A stretch of DNA of 45,307 nt, taken from positions 1 through 45,307 of the forward strand of contig CAVYAN010000029.1 of NCBI GenBank assembly GCA_963766075.1, written 5' to 3'. The DNA is from an uncultured cyanobacterium (GTDB lineage Bacteria; Cyanobacteriota; Cyanobacteriia; Leptolyngbyales; Leptolyngbyaceae). Under the pieces are notes generated by a model. That model searched no databases. It was not told the DNA's origin and saw only the letters and a program-made list of their open reading frames with translations. Positions 19,617 through 30,798 of the stretch are shown here, piece by piece. The position numbers and the translations under genes are program-made. Each line of letters begins with the position of its first letter. Positions within the stretch are counted from its first letter, which is position 1.

Positions 19617-21454
19617 ATGAATCGAGAATTTGACTTTATGCCAGAGTTGCCGATGGAAGAGCCTCCCCAGGTTGGCACTATCCCGGGAAGCCCCAAGGCC
19701 GATCGCACCACGGCCCCCCAGTTTTTCTATCAGGTGGCGATGCCGGAGCCGGAGTCGCACCTGTTTGAGGTCACGCTGCGAGTGACGGGATGGCCCGAAA
19801 ACCTGTTAGATCTGAAAATGCCTGTGTGGACACCGGGTTCTTACTTAGTGCGGGAGTATGCGCGGCACCTCCAAGATTTTGCCGCCTTTGCTGGGACGAC
19901 AGCCTTGCCGTGGAGCAAAGTCAGTAAGCATCATTGGCAAATTCACACCCAAGGCAATACCGACCTGACCATTACCTACCGGATGTTTGCCAATGAGTTA
20001 ACCGTGCGGACCAACCATTTGGATAGCACCCACGGATACTTTAATGGCGCAGCAATTTTCTTTTTTGTTCCAGAATATGAAGATTGCCCGATCGATTTGG
20101 CGATCGCTCCCCCCGCCCCAACTGGCAGGTCGCCACAGCCCTCCCTGCTCTGCCGGGACAGGTAAACCACTTTCGAGCTGGAAACTTCGACACCTTAGTA
20201 GACAGTCCAGTAGAGATTGGCACGCATCAGCGCTACCCCTTTGACGTTTTGGGAAAGCACCACGAACTGGTCGTGTGGGGCACAGGCAATTACCAGGTGC
20301 AGCAGCTCATTCCCGACATTCAAAAAATCATTGCCGTGGAAGCGGACTTGTTTGGCGGACTGCCCTACGATCGCTACTTATTTCTGCTGCATTTGGCAGG
20401 GCAGGGCTTTGGTGGATTGGAACATAAGGATTCCTGCTCGTTAATTTACCAGCGGTTCAGTTTTCGCAGCCCAGACAAATACAATCGCTTTATGCAATTG
20501 GTCGCCCACGAGTTCTTTCACCTGTGGAATGTGAAACGAATTCGGCCTCAGGCCCTGGAAGTATTTGACTATGAGCAGGAAAATTACACGCCGTCACTGT
20601 GGTTTTGTGAGGGCACAACCAGCTATTACGATTTGGTGCTGCCGCTACGGGCTGGAATTTACAATGTGCCGATCTATCTAGCCGCCCTCAGCCAGGAAAT
20701 TTCTCGGTTCTTAACGACACCGGGGCGCAAGGTGCAGCCCTTAGGAGAATCCAGCTTTGATGCCTGGATCAAGCTCTATCGACCCGATGCCAACAGTCCT
20801 AATTCTCAAATGTCCTACTACCTCAAGGGCGAAATGGTGTCGCTGCTGCTGGACTTGTTAATTCGGGAGCGATCGGGAAATCGGCGATCGCTGGATGCCG
20901 CTATGCGCCAGATGTGGCACCAGTTCGGCAAGTCCGAAATTGGCTATACGCCAGAACAGTTACAGCAGGTGCTGGAATCCGTGGCAGAAATCGACCTGAC
21001 TGATTTTCTCAGCCGCTATCTGGAAACCACGGAGGAATTGCCTTTTGATGACTATCTCGCCCCCTTTGGCCTCCGTCTGAAGCCTGAAGGGGTGGAGAAT
21101 GGCGTGCCCACCCTAGGCATAACGGTCAAAACGGAATCTGGGCGAGAGATGATTAAGTTTGTAGAGCGGGGGTCTCCGGCACAGCGCGGTGGCCTGGATC
21201 CAGGGGACGAACTGCTGGCAATCAATGGCATTCGGGTCAGCACTGAGCAATTGTCAGAACGTCTGCGAGACTTCAAACCTGGAGACACGCTCCAGGTGAC
21301 TTTCTTTCACCAGGATGAGCTGCGATCGCGCGTCTTGACCCTCACGCCACCTCAGCCCACGCATTATCGCCTAGTGCCCGTGGCCTATCCAACTGGGGAT
21401 CAAGAGCGTAACTTTGTGGGTTGGCTTGGGACATCACTGTCCGAGTTGGCATAG
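19617..21454 (+). CDS. M61 metallopeptidase with PDZ domain; frameshift at C6 run 20109-20114
   Basis: PVWTPGSY in the first ORF; GGLEH, AHEFFHLWNVKR and a PDZ domain in the second; one extra C joins them. Confidence 0.88.
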
Positions 21455-21456
21455 CC

Positions 21457-21538
21457 GCAATCTGGCATCGCGGCCATCTGGCATCGCGGCCATCTGGCAT
21501 AACTGCAATTTGGCATCGCGGCCATCTGGCATCGCGGG
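21457..21538. repeat. 16-bp tandem repeat (CATCTGGCATCGCGGC-like), about 5 units
   Basis: Directly visible after the M61 stop codon. Confidence 0.85.
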
Positions 21539-21618
21539 GAATCGCGTTACAGGGGGGTGGGATTGGCCTTATGATGGAACTCAGAAACGTTACAAAACGT
21601 AAACAATTGGTTTCCGTT

Positions 21619-23163
21619 ATGCCTGCCTCTTTGCCTAGCTCTTTCCCTGTTCATTCGCCAAAGTCCCGCGTTGTCGTGATTGGGGCGGGCATTGGGGGAT
21701 TGACGGCGGGAGCGCTCCTGGCCCACCGAGGTTACTCCGTGCTGATGCTGGACCAAGCGTTGGTGCCGGGAGGCTGTGCCTCCACCTTTAAGCGCCAGGG
21801 CTTCACGTTTGACGTGGGGGCAACCCAAGTAGCGGGCCTAGAGCCAGGGGGCATTCACCAGCGGATTTTTGCGGAACTGGGGATTGATTTACCGGAGGCA
21901 ACGCCCTGTGACCCGGCCTGTGCAGTATTTCTACCCGGAGAAACTGAGCCAATTTCTGTATGGCGGGATCCGGAGCGCTGGCGAGCAGAGCGGCAACGCC
22001 AATTTCCCGGGAGTGAGCCATTTTGGCAGCTTTTGGCAAATCTGTTTCGCTATAGTTGGGCGTTTCAGGCGCGGGATCCGATCCTGCCGCCCCGCAATCT
22101 TTGGGATGTCATGCAGTTGATCAAGGCGGTACGAGCGGATACCCTACTGACGATGCCCCACACGTTTTCCACCGTGGGGACAGCCTTGCGGAGTTACGGA
22201 TTGGCGGACAATCAACGCCTACGCACGTTTCTGGATTTACAGCTTAAGCTCTATTCTCAAGTGAATGCGGAGGAAACAGCGCTGCTGTACGCGGCCACGG
22301 CGCTCGGGGTATCCCAGGAGCCCCAAGGGCTGTTTCACTTGCAGGGCAGTATGCAGGTGTTGAGCGATCGCCTAGTCACTGCCCTAAAAGCCAACGGGGG
22401 CACGCTGCACCTGCGCCATACGGTTGAGGCGATTCATACTGCACAAGGCCAGGTCACAGGCGTAACCATTCGCAATCAACGCACCGACGCCCAGTGGGTA
22501 GAAGCAGCAGACCACATTGTGGCCAACGTGACGGTGCAAAACTTGGTGCAGCTTTTAGGCGATGCGATGCCATCAGGCTATCAGCGCCGGGTGGAAAAAT
22601 TGCCCCCGGCCTCCGGGGCCTTTGTCCTTTATTTGGGCGTTGATCAGCGGGCGATTCCAGCGGACTGTCCGCCGCATTTGCAGTTTTTGTATGATTACGA
22701 GGGGCCGATCGCCGAAAATAACTCTCTCTTTGTTTCCGTAAGCCACGGGGGGGATGGGCGGGCTCCGGCGGGCAAAGCGACAATTATTGCCTCTTCGTTT
22801 ACGGATCCCAATGCTTGGTGGTCGTTGGATAATGAGCAGTATCAGGCCATGAAGCAGCGGTATACGCAGACCGCGATCGCCCGCCTCTCGGACTATTTCA
22901 CCCTAACCGATGCCACAATCCGGCATATTGAAGCAGGGACGCCGCGTACCTTTGCTCGGTTTACGGGGCGCGATCGTGGCATCGTTGGGGGCATTGGGCA
23001 GCGTGTGCCCACCTTTGGCCCCTTTGGCTTTGCCAACCGCACCCCGATTCGCCATCTTTGGCTAGTGGGCGACTCTACCCATCCCGGCGAAGGCACGGCT
23101 GGGGTCAGTTATTCGGCCCTCACCGTGGTCCGCCAGATTGATCGTGAGTCCTCAGTCCCATAG
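21619..23163 (+). CDS. crtD: Carotenoid C-3',4' desaturase (myxoxanthophyll pathway)
   Basis: GAGIGG FAD motif, FTFDVGATQVAGLEPGGIH, GDSTHPGEGTAGVSYSA; likely ATG at 21619. Confidence 0.85.
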   Translation: MPASLPSSFPVHSPKSRVVVIGAGIGGLTAGALLAHRGYSVLMLDQALVPGGCASTFKRQGFTFDVGATQVAGLEPGGIHQRIFAELGIDLPEATPCDPACAVFLPGETEPISVWRDPERWRAERQRQFPGSEPFWQLLANLFRYSWAFQARDPILPPRNLWDVMQLIKAVRADTLLTMPHTFSTVGTALRSYGLADNQRLRTFLDLQLKLYSQVNAEETALLYAATALGVSQEPQGLFHLQGSMQVLSDRLVTALKANGGTLHLRHTVEAIHTAQGQVTGVTIRNQRTDAQWVEAADHIVANVTVQNLVQLLGDAMPSGYQRRVEKLPPASGAFVLYLGVDQRAIPADCPPHLQFLYDYEGPIAENNSLFVSVSHGGDGRAPAGKATIIASSFTDPNAWWSLDNEQYQAMKQRYTQTAIARLSDYFTLTDATIRHIEAGTPRTFARFTGRDRGIVGGIGQRVPTFGPFGFANRTPIRHLWLVGDSTHPGEGTAGVSYSALTVVRQIDRESSVP

Positions 23164-23204
23164 GGCAGTCGATTTACTTCTGCATGCACCGGACGCCCCA
23201 TTTC

Positions 23205-23777
23205 CTAACCTGCGTTATCAATATTCTGCTTGAGCATATCCACGGTTTCCTTGACTGAATCTGCGGATTGTCTAACGCTATCCTTGGCATTTTCAGTTGC
23301 CTCTTTAACGATCTCAGGAATTTCTCTAGAGGCTTTATCTAGATTGCCGCTAAGATTCCGCATCCCATTCTTTGAGCCTTGCACAAAATCATTTTTTTGT
23401 TTCTCAGCACCTTCAGAAATATCATCTTTCAGATTTTCTGCCGATTTAAGCACTGTTTTAGGAATGTCTTTACGGTCTGCGGTCTTGCCTAGATTGCGCT
23501 TGGCGGTATCGACCAGCGCGCGCGTTTTCGCCTGAAGCTGTGGACTGCTCGCATTGATATCGTCATCGTAACCGTTCATGCCACCCTGTTTCGGTTGAAT
23601 GCCATCCTTTAAATCTGTCTTAGACCCAATTTTCTCATTATAGGCACCGGTTCCTGATGACATCGGCACGTTGGGGGAACTGCATGCCACAGTCAGCACC
23701 AGCAACATTCCTACCAAAGTTGCACCGATTCCCCGCTTTAATTGATGCGCGATCGCCCCTTGATTGAATCCATTCAT
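23205..23777 (-). CDS. Hypothetical lipoprotein-like protein with LEA-like helical C-terminus
   Basis: LLVLTVAC lipobox-like sequence; K/E/A-rich tail. Confidence 0.7.
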   Translation of the reverse strand: MNGFNQGAIAHQLKRGIGATLVGMLLVLTVACSSPNVPMSSGTGAYNEKIGSKTDLKDGIQPKQGGMNGYDDDINASSPQLQAKTRALVDTAKRNLGKTADRKDIPKTVLKSAENLKDDISEGAEKQKNDFVQGSKNGMRNLSGNLDKASREIPEIVKEATENAKDSVRQSADSVKETVDMLKQNIDNAG

Positions 23778-23802
23778 GGCTACTCGTCTCCAGAACTAAA
23801 AT

Positions 23803-24015
23803 TTACTTTTTCTTCCGAAAGTCCACATCAATCCAGCAGCGTGGCAAATCTTCTCCTGACAGAAACTTCAAAGCCATCTTTTCATAATCTGCCAAGTCTT
23901 GCTCTTCTTCACCGGATTGATTGCGGCCTGCAATCTTACTTTCATTTGGATCAGATAGCATTCTAATATCTTCGATTTCTATCAAAGAATCATCTTGCTT
24001 ATCCTGTAAAAACAT
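23803..24015 (-). CDS. Small conserved cyanobacterial protein
   Basis: 70 aa, QSGEEEQD...F.SGE.LPRCW; GGAGG RBS upstream. Confidence 0.75.
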   Translation of the reverse strand: MFLQDKQDDSLIEIEDIRMLSDPNESKIAGRNQSGEEEQDLADYEKMALKFLSGEDLPRCWIDVDFRKKK

Positions 24016-24580
24016 TTGCCCCTCCTGAATTAATGTGACAGAATTTTAGAATAGAAAACTTTCGCATTTCCTCTTTCCTCCCTTAGGCAGATTTGCTGTT
24101 CTCTTCTTAAGATGGCCTTAACGGGATCAGTTCAGGGATAATGGTATCGACTTAAATCTAGATCTTCCGTATGGCATCCATCCTTTGATAGATGCCATAC
24201 GAAAAGTCTATCTCTACAGTTAAAATGAAAACTCGCAAATAGCTTCAATCGTGCACCTATGCCTTTTATGCCCTTAGAAATTGCTCGTCTCTTTATTGCT
24301 GAGAAGCTAGTGAATAAATTGCTTTTTTCATTGACGGCTTCGATTATTTCACCTAGAATCATTGCGACTTGCATCAATAAATAGCAAAATGGCATAGCTG
24401 TAAAATTCATATTAGAGCACAAGGGTCAGCGAAAATCAGCAGACTAATTCATCAATGAAGCCTGGAAATATAGCCCCCATTGTCAAGGCAAATTTTACAC
24501 TCAAGCCATGAAAAACTGTTAAATCACGAAAATATAGGCACCCCAAAAAATGGGCCTTTAAATCAAAATGAGGGAGGAAA

Positions 24581-25561
24581 ATGAGAAGCGCCTATTTGAT
24601 TTTCAATCCGGTTGCAGGGCAAGGGAATGCTGAGCAAGATTTAGCCATAATCCAGTCAATCTTAGCCCCTAAAATTGACATTGATATCCACTTCACCACC
24701 CTGGACATTGATGCCGACCAATTGGCAATGGCCGCAGTTCGTCAAGGTGCAGAAGCAGTCATCGCCTGTGGTGGAGATGGCACGATTTCGGCTGCAACGA
24801 TCGCATTAATGGGTACGGGAATTCCCCTAGGGATTATTTCTAGAGGTACTGCCAATGCATTTGCGAATGCCCTGGATTTGCCCATTCCTTTAGAAGCAGC
24901 CTGTCGAACAATTTTAGCGGGTAAAACGCGAGTTATTGATGCAGCCACCTGTAATGGGAGACCGATGGTTTTACTAGCGGGAATTGGATTTGAGGCAGAA
25001 ACTGTAGAATTAGCCGATCGCACCTCTAAAAATCGCTTCGGGTTGATGGCCTATATTTTAGCTGGACTAGACCAATTACAGCGATTGGAACAATTTGAAT
25101 GTGAAATCGAAACAACCGACAAGATTGTTCATACTTTAGCATCCGCCATTACAATTGCGAATGCCGCCCCACCGACTTCAATTTTGGCTCAGGGTTCAAC
25201 GGGCGTCATTTTTGATGATGGATTGTTGGATGTGACGATTATTGCACCTGCCAATAAGACTGGGGCGATCGCTGCTTCCTATGAGTTACTCACTTCTGCT
25301 CTCCGAGGCGATGCCACCACCCGTCCAGACATTGGCTATTTACGCACCCGCAAGCTCACGATTACAACCGATCCGCCCCAAAAGGTGGTCATCGATGGTG
25401 AAATTGCCGGGGTGACTCCAGTAATCATTGAGTGTATTCCAGGCAGTTTGACAGTTTTTGCGTCGTCAAATGAGCCGTTGCAACCCCTCGAACGCTTAGA
25501 AGGCTTACCGAACCTCCATGTTGAGATCAAAGCCACTGCCGATGACGAGGCTGTAGGATAA
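24581..25561 (+). CDS. YegS/BmrU-family diacylglycerol/lipid kinase
   Basis: IFNPVAG, GGDGT, GTANAFA, DDGLLD, IDGE. Confidence 0.92.
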   Translation: MRSAYLIFNPVAGQGNAEQDLAIIQSILAPKIDIDIHFTTLDIDADQLAMAAVRQGAEAVIACGGDGTISAATIALMGTGIPLGIISRGTANAFANALDLPIPLEAACRTILAGKTRVIDAATCNGRPMVLLAGIGFEAETVELADRTSKNRFGLMAYILAGLDQLQRLEQFECEIETTDKIVHTLASAITIANAAPPTSILAQGSTGVIFDDGLLDVTIIAPANKTGAIAASYELLTSALRGDATTRPDIGYLRTRKLTITTDPPQKVVIDGEIAGVTPVIIECIPGSLTVFASSNEPLQPLERLEGLPNLHVEIKATADDEAVG

Positions 25562-25590
25562 CTCTGCTTGTGCAGTGGGAATGACTCTTC

Positions 25591-26457
25591 TCAGGCCGCT
25601 TGTGATTGTGGATGGTCTAAATTAACTGCCCGATCTTCATCAAAAAGGGGCTGACGCGTCTTTAAGTTAAATCGATATCCATGGGGAAGGATATGCAATT
25701 TGGCACCACACAGAGCTAGCGCTTCATCCGGTAGAAGCTGATGTAAGTTGCTGTGGGTAATGTCGGCAACATCAACAAGGGTGACCGCACCTTCCCCAAT
25801 TACTTCCATCACATCACCCTTCACTAAAATAGCCGTATTTTCATCAATCCCTAGCCCCAATACAACGGGTTGCTGTGCCAAAGCTGACAGCAAACGGCCT
25901 AAGCGGCCCCGCTGCGCAAAATGTTGATCCAGAACCACACCCGGTAAAAATCCCATGCCCCGATCCATATGAACGACTTCAACGCGGGGATTCGTTTCAG
26001 CATCTCCTTTGACAATCATCATTTCTGGCATCATGGCAGCACCGGCGCTGGTCCCTCCAATCACTAATCCTTCTGCATAGCGCTGATGAAGGCAGCGATC
26101 GCACGCGGTATCCTGCAAGCAACTTGTAATCCGAGCCTGATCGCCACCGGTAAAGTAGACGCCAGTAGCCCACTCCATCGCTGCCAACGTTTCTGGGCGA
26201 TCGGCAGCCTCCCGATTCGGAGTATCAATAATCCGAACGTCCTCAACGCCCAAACGCTCAAACACATCCCGGTAATCGGCACCCACTTCACCGGGTAAAT
26301 CGGTAGCCACAGTCATTACTACAATATGAGCCTGCCGTCCGCCGGACTGCCGAATAAACTCCCGCAGTACTTTACAGTCGTTTTTCTTATCTTCCGCACC
26401 CCCAATAATGATTAATTGACCCTGAATGGATTTGGGATCTGGATCAGTCGCTTGCAT
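25591..26457 (-). CDS. cphB: Cyanophycinase (peptidase S51)
   Basis: IIGGAEDK, FTGGDQ, GTSAGA, DQHFAQRGRLGRL, GIDENT; likely ATG at 26457. Confidence 0.9.
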   Translation of the reverse strand: MQATDPDPKSIQGQLIIIGGAEDKKNDCKVLREFIRQSGGRQAHIVVMTVATDLPGEVGADYRDVFERLGVEDVRIIDTPNREAADRPETLAAMEWATGVYFTGGDQARITSCLQDTACDRCLHQRYAEGLVIGGTSAGAAMMPEMMIVKGDAETNPRVEVVHMDRGMGFLPGVVLDQHFAQRGRLGRLLSALAQQPVVLGLGIDENTAILVKGDVMEVIGEGAVTLVDVADITHSNLHQLLPDEALALCGAKLHILPHGYRFNLKTRQPLFDEDRAVNLDHPQSQAA

Positions 26458-26640
26458 AGAAACTCCGAGAGCCTGTTTTTGTATTTGCAGATACACTCTA
26501 GAGTGAAGGGCAGTGGTGGCGCATGCCTAAAAAGAAAGAGCATCGGTCATCCAGGAGGTAGAGGTCGCCCCCCAGAGGAAAATTTCACAGCGTTGCCCGG
26601 ATCCACATCCAACTTGGATTCGGGCATGGTTCTAGCCTGT

Positions 26641-29600
26641 TCACAGGATCGCGAGTCGAGACACAGCGAGGAAGCCCGCGATCGCCGACGCTGCGAGGGA
26701 GAACAACGCCGAGCTAAATACCCACCACGCTGCCCCTGCTGCGACCTTACGGGTTTCACGCACCTGCTTCTGGGTCGCCTGTTTGATTGCCGCCAGTCGT
26801 CGTTGGGTTTCCTGCTGCACCCGTTCCACCTGGTGGAGAACGCCATCGCGGGCAGCCTCGACTTGATTAATAATCCGGTTAGCATCCGCTGCGGAGATGT
26901 CCTCCCGTGAGCTTAAAACCGCTACTAACGTATCGCGATCAAACTGCGTCAGGCGATCGCGGAGGGCTTCCAATCCCAGTTGCGGATCATTAAACAGTGT
27001 GCCAAAGTCCTGCTTGATGCCGTCATAGTTAAGCTCGGGACGTTCCAACTGATTCAGATACGTGCGGATACTGTCAAACCCCTTGTCGATCGTCGATTGC
27101 ACCGCTTGCTGCACCTGCTGAATTTGGTCCACTACCGCCTTAAAGCTAGATTCCAGTTGATCCGCAATGCGATTGGCTTCTGCCTCGGTCATATCATCCC
27201 GTTGTGCCAACAGCGCCACAAAGGTTGCGCGATCGAAGTGAGCGGCGCGATCGCCCAAACTACGCAGCCCCGCCCGCGGATCCTGCAATAAAAGCTGCAG
27301 ATCGCGCTTAATGCCCTCTGGATTCAGCTCTGCCTTATTCGTGTTTTTTAGATAGGTTTCTAGATTCGACTCAAAGTCTATAGCCTGCTTTTGCACGCGG
27401 TTTGCCAATCGTCGAGGGGCTTTGATCGCAGTGCGCAGTGCCGATTGAACTTGATCAATCGTCTGATTGACCTGCTCCTCCGTCAGATCATCGCGCTGAC
27501 TGAGCAGCTTGACCAGGGTTTCCCGATCAACATGCGCCCACCGTTCCTGCAATGCCTCAGTTCCGGCTTTAGGATCGCTCAGCAACGTTTTCAAATCCCG
27601 TTGAATGCCTTCCGGATTCAGTTCTTCGAGATGGGTGTTGCGGAGATAATCAGAAAGGGCTTGCGTCGTCTGTTCATATTGTGCTTTGGCCTTGCCCGCT
27701 AGCTTTTGCGGGGCGTGCAGGATCGTATCCCGCACCGCTTCAACTTGATCGAGCACCTGATTGATCTGTTCTTCGCTCAGATCCTGCCGCTGGCTCAAAA
27801 GTTGTACCAAGGTATCGCGATCAAACTGCGAGAGCCGAACCCGCAGGGCACTCAAGCCCGCTTCTGGATCCTCGAATAGCGTTTTCAAATCCCGTTGAAT
27901 CCCTTCTGGATTCAGTTCTTCTTTATGGGTATTCCGCAAATAGTCTGATACTTTCTGACGCAGTGCTTGCGCTTGCCCTTGAATTTGCTCCTGCAATGCT
28001 TGCGCTTGCGACAGGACGCGATCGCGGGTGCTCTCCAGTTGAACTACGATTTGCTCCACTTCGTTGCTACTCATGTCGCCACGTTGGCTAAGCAGTTGCG
28101 TGAGTGTATTGCGGTCAAACTGGTTCAGGCGATCGCCCAAGGCGTCTAGGCCCACCTCTGGATCTTCTAACAACGTTTGAAAGTCGCGCCCAATCGCCTC
28201 TGGATTCAACTCAGCCTTACCGGTAGAGCGCAGATATTGCTCTACCCGATGGCGCAGGTCCTGCGACTGCTGCTGGCTCTCGGCAGCCTGAACCGTGGCC
28301 AACACCTCAGCCCGAATGGGTTCTAAATAGCCCGCTAAATCCTGGATGGTTTCGGGTGTAAAATCATCCCGTAAACTGAGCACCTGCACAAAGTAGTTGC
28401 GATCGATGCTGGCCAATTCTTGTCGAATCATACCTGGATCAGCGGCGGCATCATAAATCACATCGCGAAATTCTTGCTTCACAGTTTCCCGATTAAGTTT
28501 CCAGGAGGGCGACAGCAGCAGATAATTTTCTAGATCTGCTTGAATAATACTAAATGGCTTAGGCGGAGCAACTGATTTTCCACTAGATTTTCCATTGGAC
28601 TCTTCATCGCTAGGCTTGCCGTTAGATTGGCCAGTAGATTGACTGCTAGGCTTGCCATTGGGCTGGCTGTTGGATCCGCCATTGCTCTGCAACAACTGGC
28701 TGCCAAATGTGCGCAGTTGCCCGCCAATTTTTTCAACATCCACATCGGATAAATCGACATTTTGCAGGACGCGACTTAGTAGTGCCGTCGTTCCAAACTG
28801 CAAGGCTCGACTGGTCAACGAAGTATCGCCCGCAGTCCCTTGATTGGCCGCTGTTTTCACCAGTTGACTTAACTGATCATTGAGCTTACCCGATTGTAGA
28901 TCCTGAGGTGCCGCAGACTTCAATTGTTGAATCAGCGCTTGTGGATCCAGCGGTTCCTTTGAATTTACAACTTGCTTCCAGGCGGCTTCGAGCTGGTCGG
29001 TGATGCGATTAACATCTCGTTTTGAGAGGTCCGTACGGCTACTCACCAACTGAACAAACGTGTCCCGGTTGACGTTTTTCAGTAAATCACTGTCGGCGAT
29101 CGCTCCCACATCGGCATCCTTCAACAACTTCTCAAACTGTCCCCCCAATTTATCCAAGTTCAACGATGGCAACTGCACTTTGTCTAAGGAACTTTGCAGC
29201 GTTGTCCGAATGCTATCCGGGTCAAAGCCAGCAGTCAATTCACGCCGCACTGCTGCCGTAATCTCTTCCGCAGTAGCAACAATCTGGCTCTTGGCAATAT
29301 TGGCTCCTAACATGGCACTACCGGTGCCCAATAACCCTTGAACTCCCGTGGTGGCCGTGCTGATAATCGAGCCCAGCAATGACCCGAGGGCTGTGGAACC
29401 GAACCAAGTCAACAAGGTAAAGAAAATCGCCCAGATAATTACACCAATAATGGCCCCCAGAGTCGGGCTGCCTACGAGACTCAGTTTGACTGCCAGGAAT
29501 GAAGCGACAAATAATGCAATGCTAACGCTCAACAATAGGCCCAGCCCAACCTTCGTTTCAATACCGCGAATCGTTTCCCCCAGGTTTTCTGAGTCGCTCT

Positions 29601-29901
29601 CTTTCGCAGGACGATCGGGCGTGGCAATAACGGCGATCGCCAGATTGGTAAAGAGCAGTTGAAAGGCAAAGGCCATCACCACACCGACCACCAGCGCCAG
29701 CAAAAACTTAGCCCCTGAAAATAGCATGGCCGGGTCAGCGATCGGCAATTGCCCCGCAACTGGGCTAGATATTATAGTTGCAGCCCCACTCTCCAAGGTG
29801 CCAAAGACAAAAGTTGTGGTGATTACAACCACTCCGGTTAAACTCATTGTGAGTATAAAATTACGAATCTTGCGAAGTGAAATCATCTTTATTGACTCCA
29901 A
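26641..29901 (-). CDS. 1086-aa membrane-anchored protein with about 7 helical repeats of roughly 100 aa
   Basis: N-terminal TM helices, repeated ELNPEGI.RD...DP...FDR.TLV.LLSQR.D, C-terminal TM helix. Confidence 0.85.
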   Translation of the reverse strand: MESIKMISLRKIRNFILTMSLTGVVVITTTFVFGTLESGAATIISSPVAGQLPIADPAMLFSGAKFLLALVVGVVMAFAFQLLFTNLAIAVIATPDRPAKESDSENLGETIRGIETKVGLGLLLSVSIALFVASFLAVKLSLVGSPTLGAIIGVIIWAIFFTLLTWFGSTALGSLLGSIISTATTGVQGLLGTGSAMLGANIAKSQIVATAEEITAAVRRELTAGFDPDSIRTTLQSSLDKVQLPSLNLDKLGGQFEKLLKDADVGAIADSDLLKNVNRDTFVQLVSSRTDLSKRDVNRITDQLEAAWKQVVNSKEPLDPQALIQQLKSAAPQDLQSGKLNDQLSQLVKTAANQGTAGDTSLTSRALQFGTTALLSRVLQNVDLSDVDVEKIGGQLRTFGSQLLQSNGGSNSQPNGKPSSQSTGQSNGKPSDEESNGKSSGKSVAPPKPFSIIQADLENYLLLSPSWKLNRETVKQEFRDVIYDAAADPGMIRQELASIDRNYFVQVLSLRDDFTPETIQDLAGYLEPIRAEVLATVQAAESQQQSQDLRHRVEQYLRSTGKAELNPEAIGRDFQTLLEDPEVGLDALGDRLNQFDRNTLTQLLSQRGDMSSNEVEQIVVQLESTRDRVLSQAQALQEQIQGQAQALRQKVSDYLRNTHKEELNPEGIQRDLKTLFEDPEAGLSALRVRLSQFDRDTLVQLLSQRQDLSEEQINQVLDQVEAVRDTILHAPQKLAGKAKAQYEQTTQALSDYLRNTHLEELNPEGIQRDLKTLLSDPKAGTEALQERWAHVDRETLVKLLSQRDDLTEEQVNQTIDQVQSALRTAIKAPRRLANRVQKQAIDFESNLETYLKNTNKAELNPEGIKRDLQLLLQDPRAGLRSLGDRAAHFDRATFVALLAQRDDMTEAEANRIADQLESSFKAVVDQIQQVQQAVQSTIDKGFDSIRTYLNQLERPELNYDGIKQDFGTLFNDPQLGLEALRDRLTQFDRDTLVAVLSSREDISAADANRIINQVEAARDGVLHQVERVQQETQRRLAAIKQATQKQVRETRKVAAGAAWWVFSSALFSLAASAIAGFLAVSRLAIL

Positions 29902-30117
29902 AAATAATACGAATTGTCTTTTTCTCTAGAGCATTTTCAAAAAATGTCACAGGTTACAGTTCATTGAGCGAAGTCGAAACAAACTGCCTACTCCTGCCTG
30001 GACAGCATCCAAGGGCACGGGATCAGGGTATTATTATTTGACAATGACTGGGGAAAAACTGTCTATGAAACTAGAACTAAACCTGTATGCCATTAATTAT
30101 CCAAAAGAAAGAAGATG

Positions 30118-30270
30118 TTAGCGGCTTAGCAGTTTAACCAAACAGACTAATGCCAATCCAATCATGGCAAAACGACCATTCCAAATCTCTGCTTGAGGCA
30201 TAAATCCTGTAATCCAAGCATTGCGTTTAGCTCTTGCTGCGGGGTTAGTTGGCAGTACTTGATTTTGCAT
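30118..30270 (-). CDS. High-light-inducible protein (HLIP/SCP)
   Basis: AEIWNGRFAMIG chlorophyll-binding motif; 50 aa from ATG at 30270. Confidence 0.9.
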   Translation of the reverse strand: MQNQVLPTNPAARAKRNAWITGFMPQAEIWNGRFAMIGLALVCLVKLLSR

Positions 30271-30432
30271 AGGGCTTAATCCAAAGTTCAGTATTTTACC
30301 CACTTTCTGACTCTGCAAGCTTAGATGCAGTCGAAAATGTCGGATATTCAGATTTGAAAAATAGCTTATGGAAGCGCCATTTTCAAACATCTCAACTCAT
30401 GCTTTGAGCATATTCTGGAAAAACCATATGCT

Positions 30433-30798
30433 TTACCACCAAATACGATTACCATTCTCATCTATGCGAGCCAACCTAATCAAATCAGAGATTTTTTTAG
30501 CCTCTTTAACATGATGAAACGCTTGTTGGGTACCATCCGGCATATTAAACACAAAGTAAGTGGGTACAACAATGTGTTCACCCGTAATATCCGGTGCATC
30601 GACGGCTACTTGCTTTGCTTTTTCTTCAAGTGTTTTTGAAGGATCAATGCGATCGCCCGGATTAATCGTAGGACTTGCGTCCAATCGATGCATTTCCTCT
30701 ATTTGAGCTTTTTTCTGAACCTGATCAACATCTTCAGGCTTCAAAGGCTGTCGGGTTTCTTTAAACTCAGGATTGGGAACTATGTTTTTGCGATTCAT
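30433..30798 (-). CDS. Hypothetical protein
   Basis: 121-aa ORF, co-oriented with neighbours, natural composition. Confidence 0.7.
   Translation of the reverse strand: MNRKNIVPNPEFKETRQPLKPEDVDQVQKKAQIEEMHRLDASPTINPGDRIDPSKTLEEKAKQVAVDAPDITGEHIVVPTYFVFNMPDGTQQAFHHVKEAKKISDLIRLARIDENGNRIWW

Noticed and set aside
20100..20120. Programmed frameshift or phase variation in the M61 peptidase
   Set aside because: A one-base loss in a C6 run, in a sequence with many error-like indels; probably a sequencing error.
21457..21538. Possible mini CRISPR array
   Set aside because: Units are 16 bp and directly tandem with no unique spacers. The repeat also explains the spurious N-terminal extension of the crtD ORF from 21421.
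24132..24422. 96-aa ORF in AT-rich spacer
   Set aside because: No motif, atypical composition and weak start; treated as intergenic.
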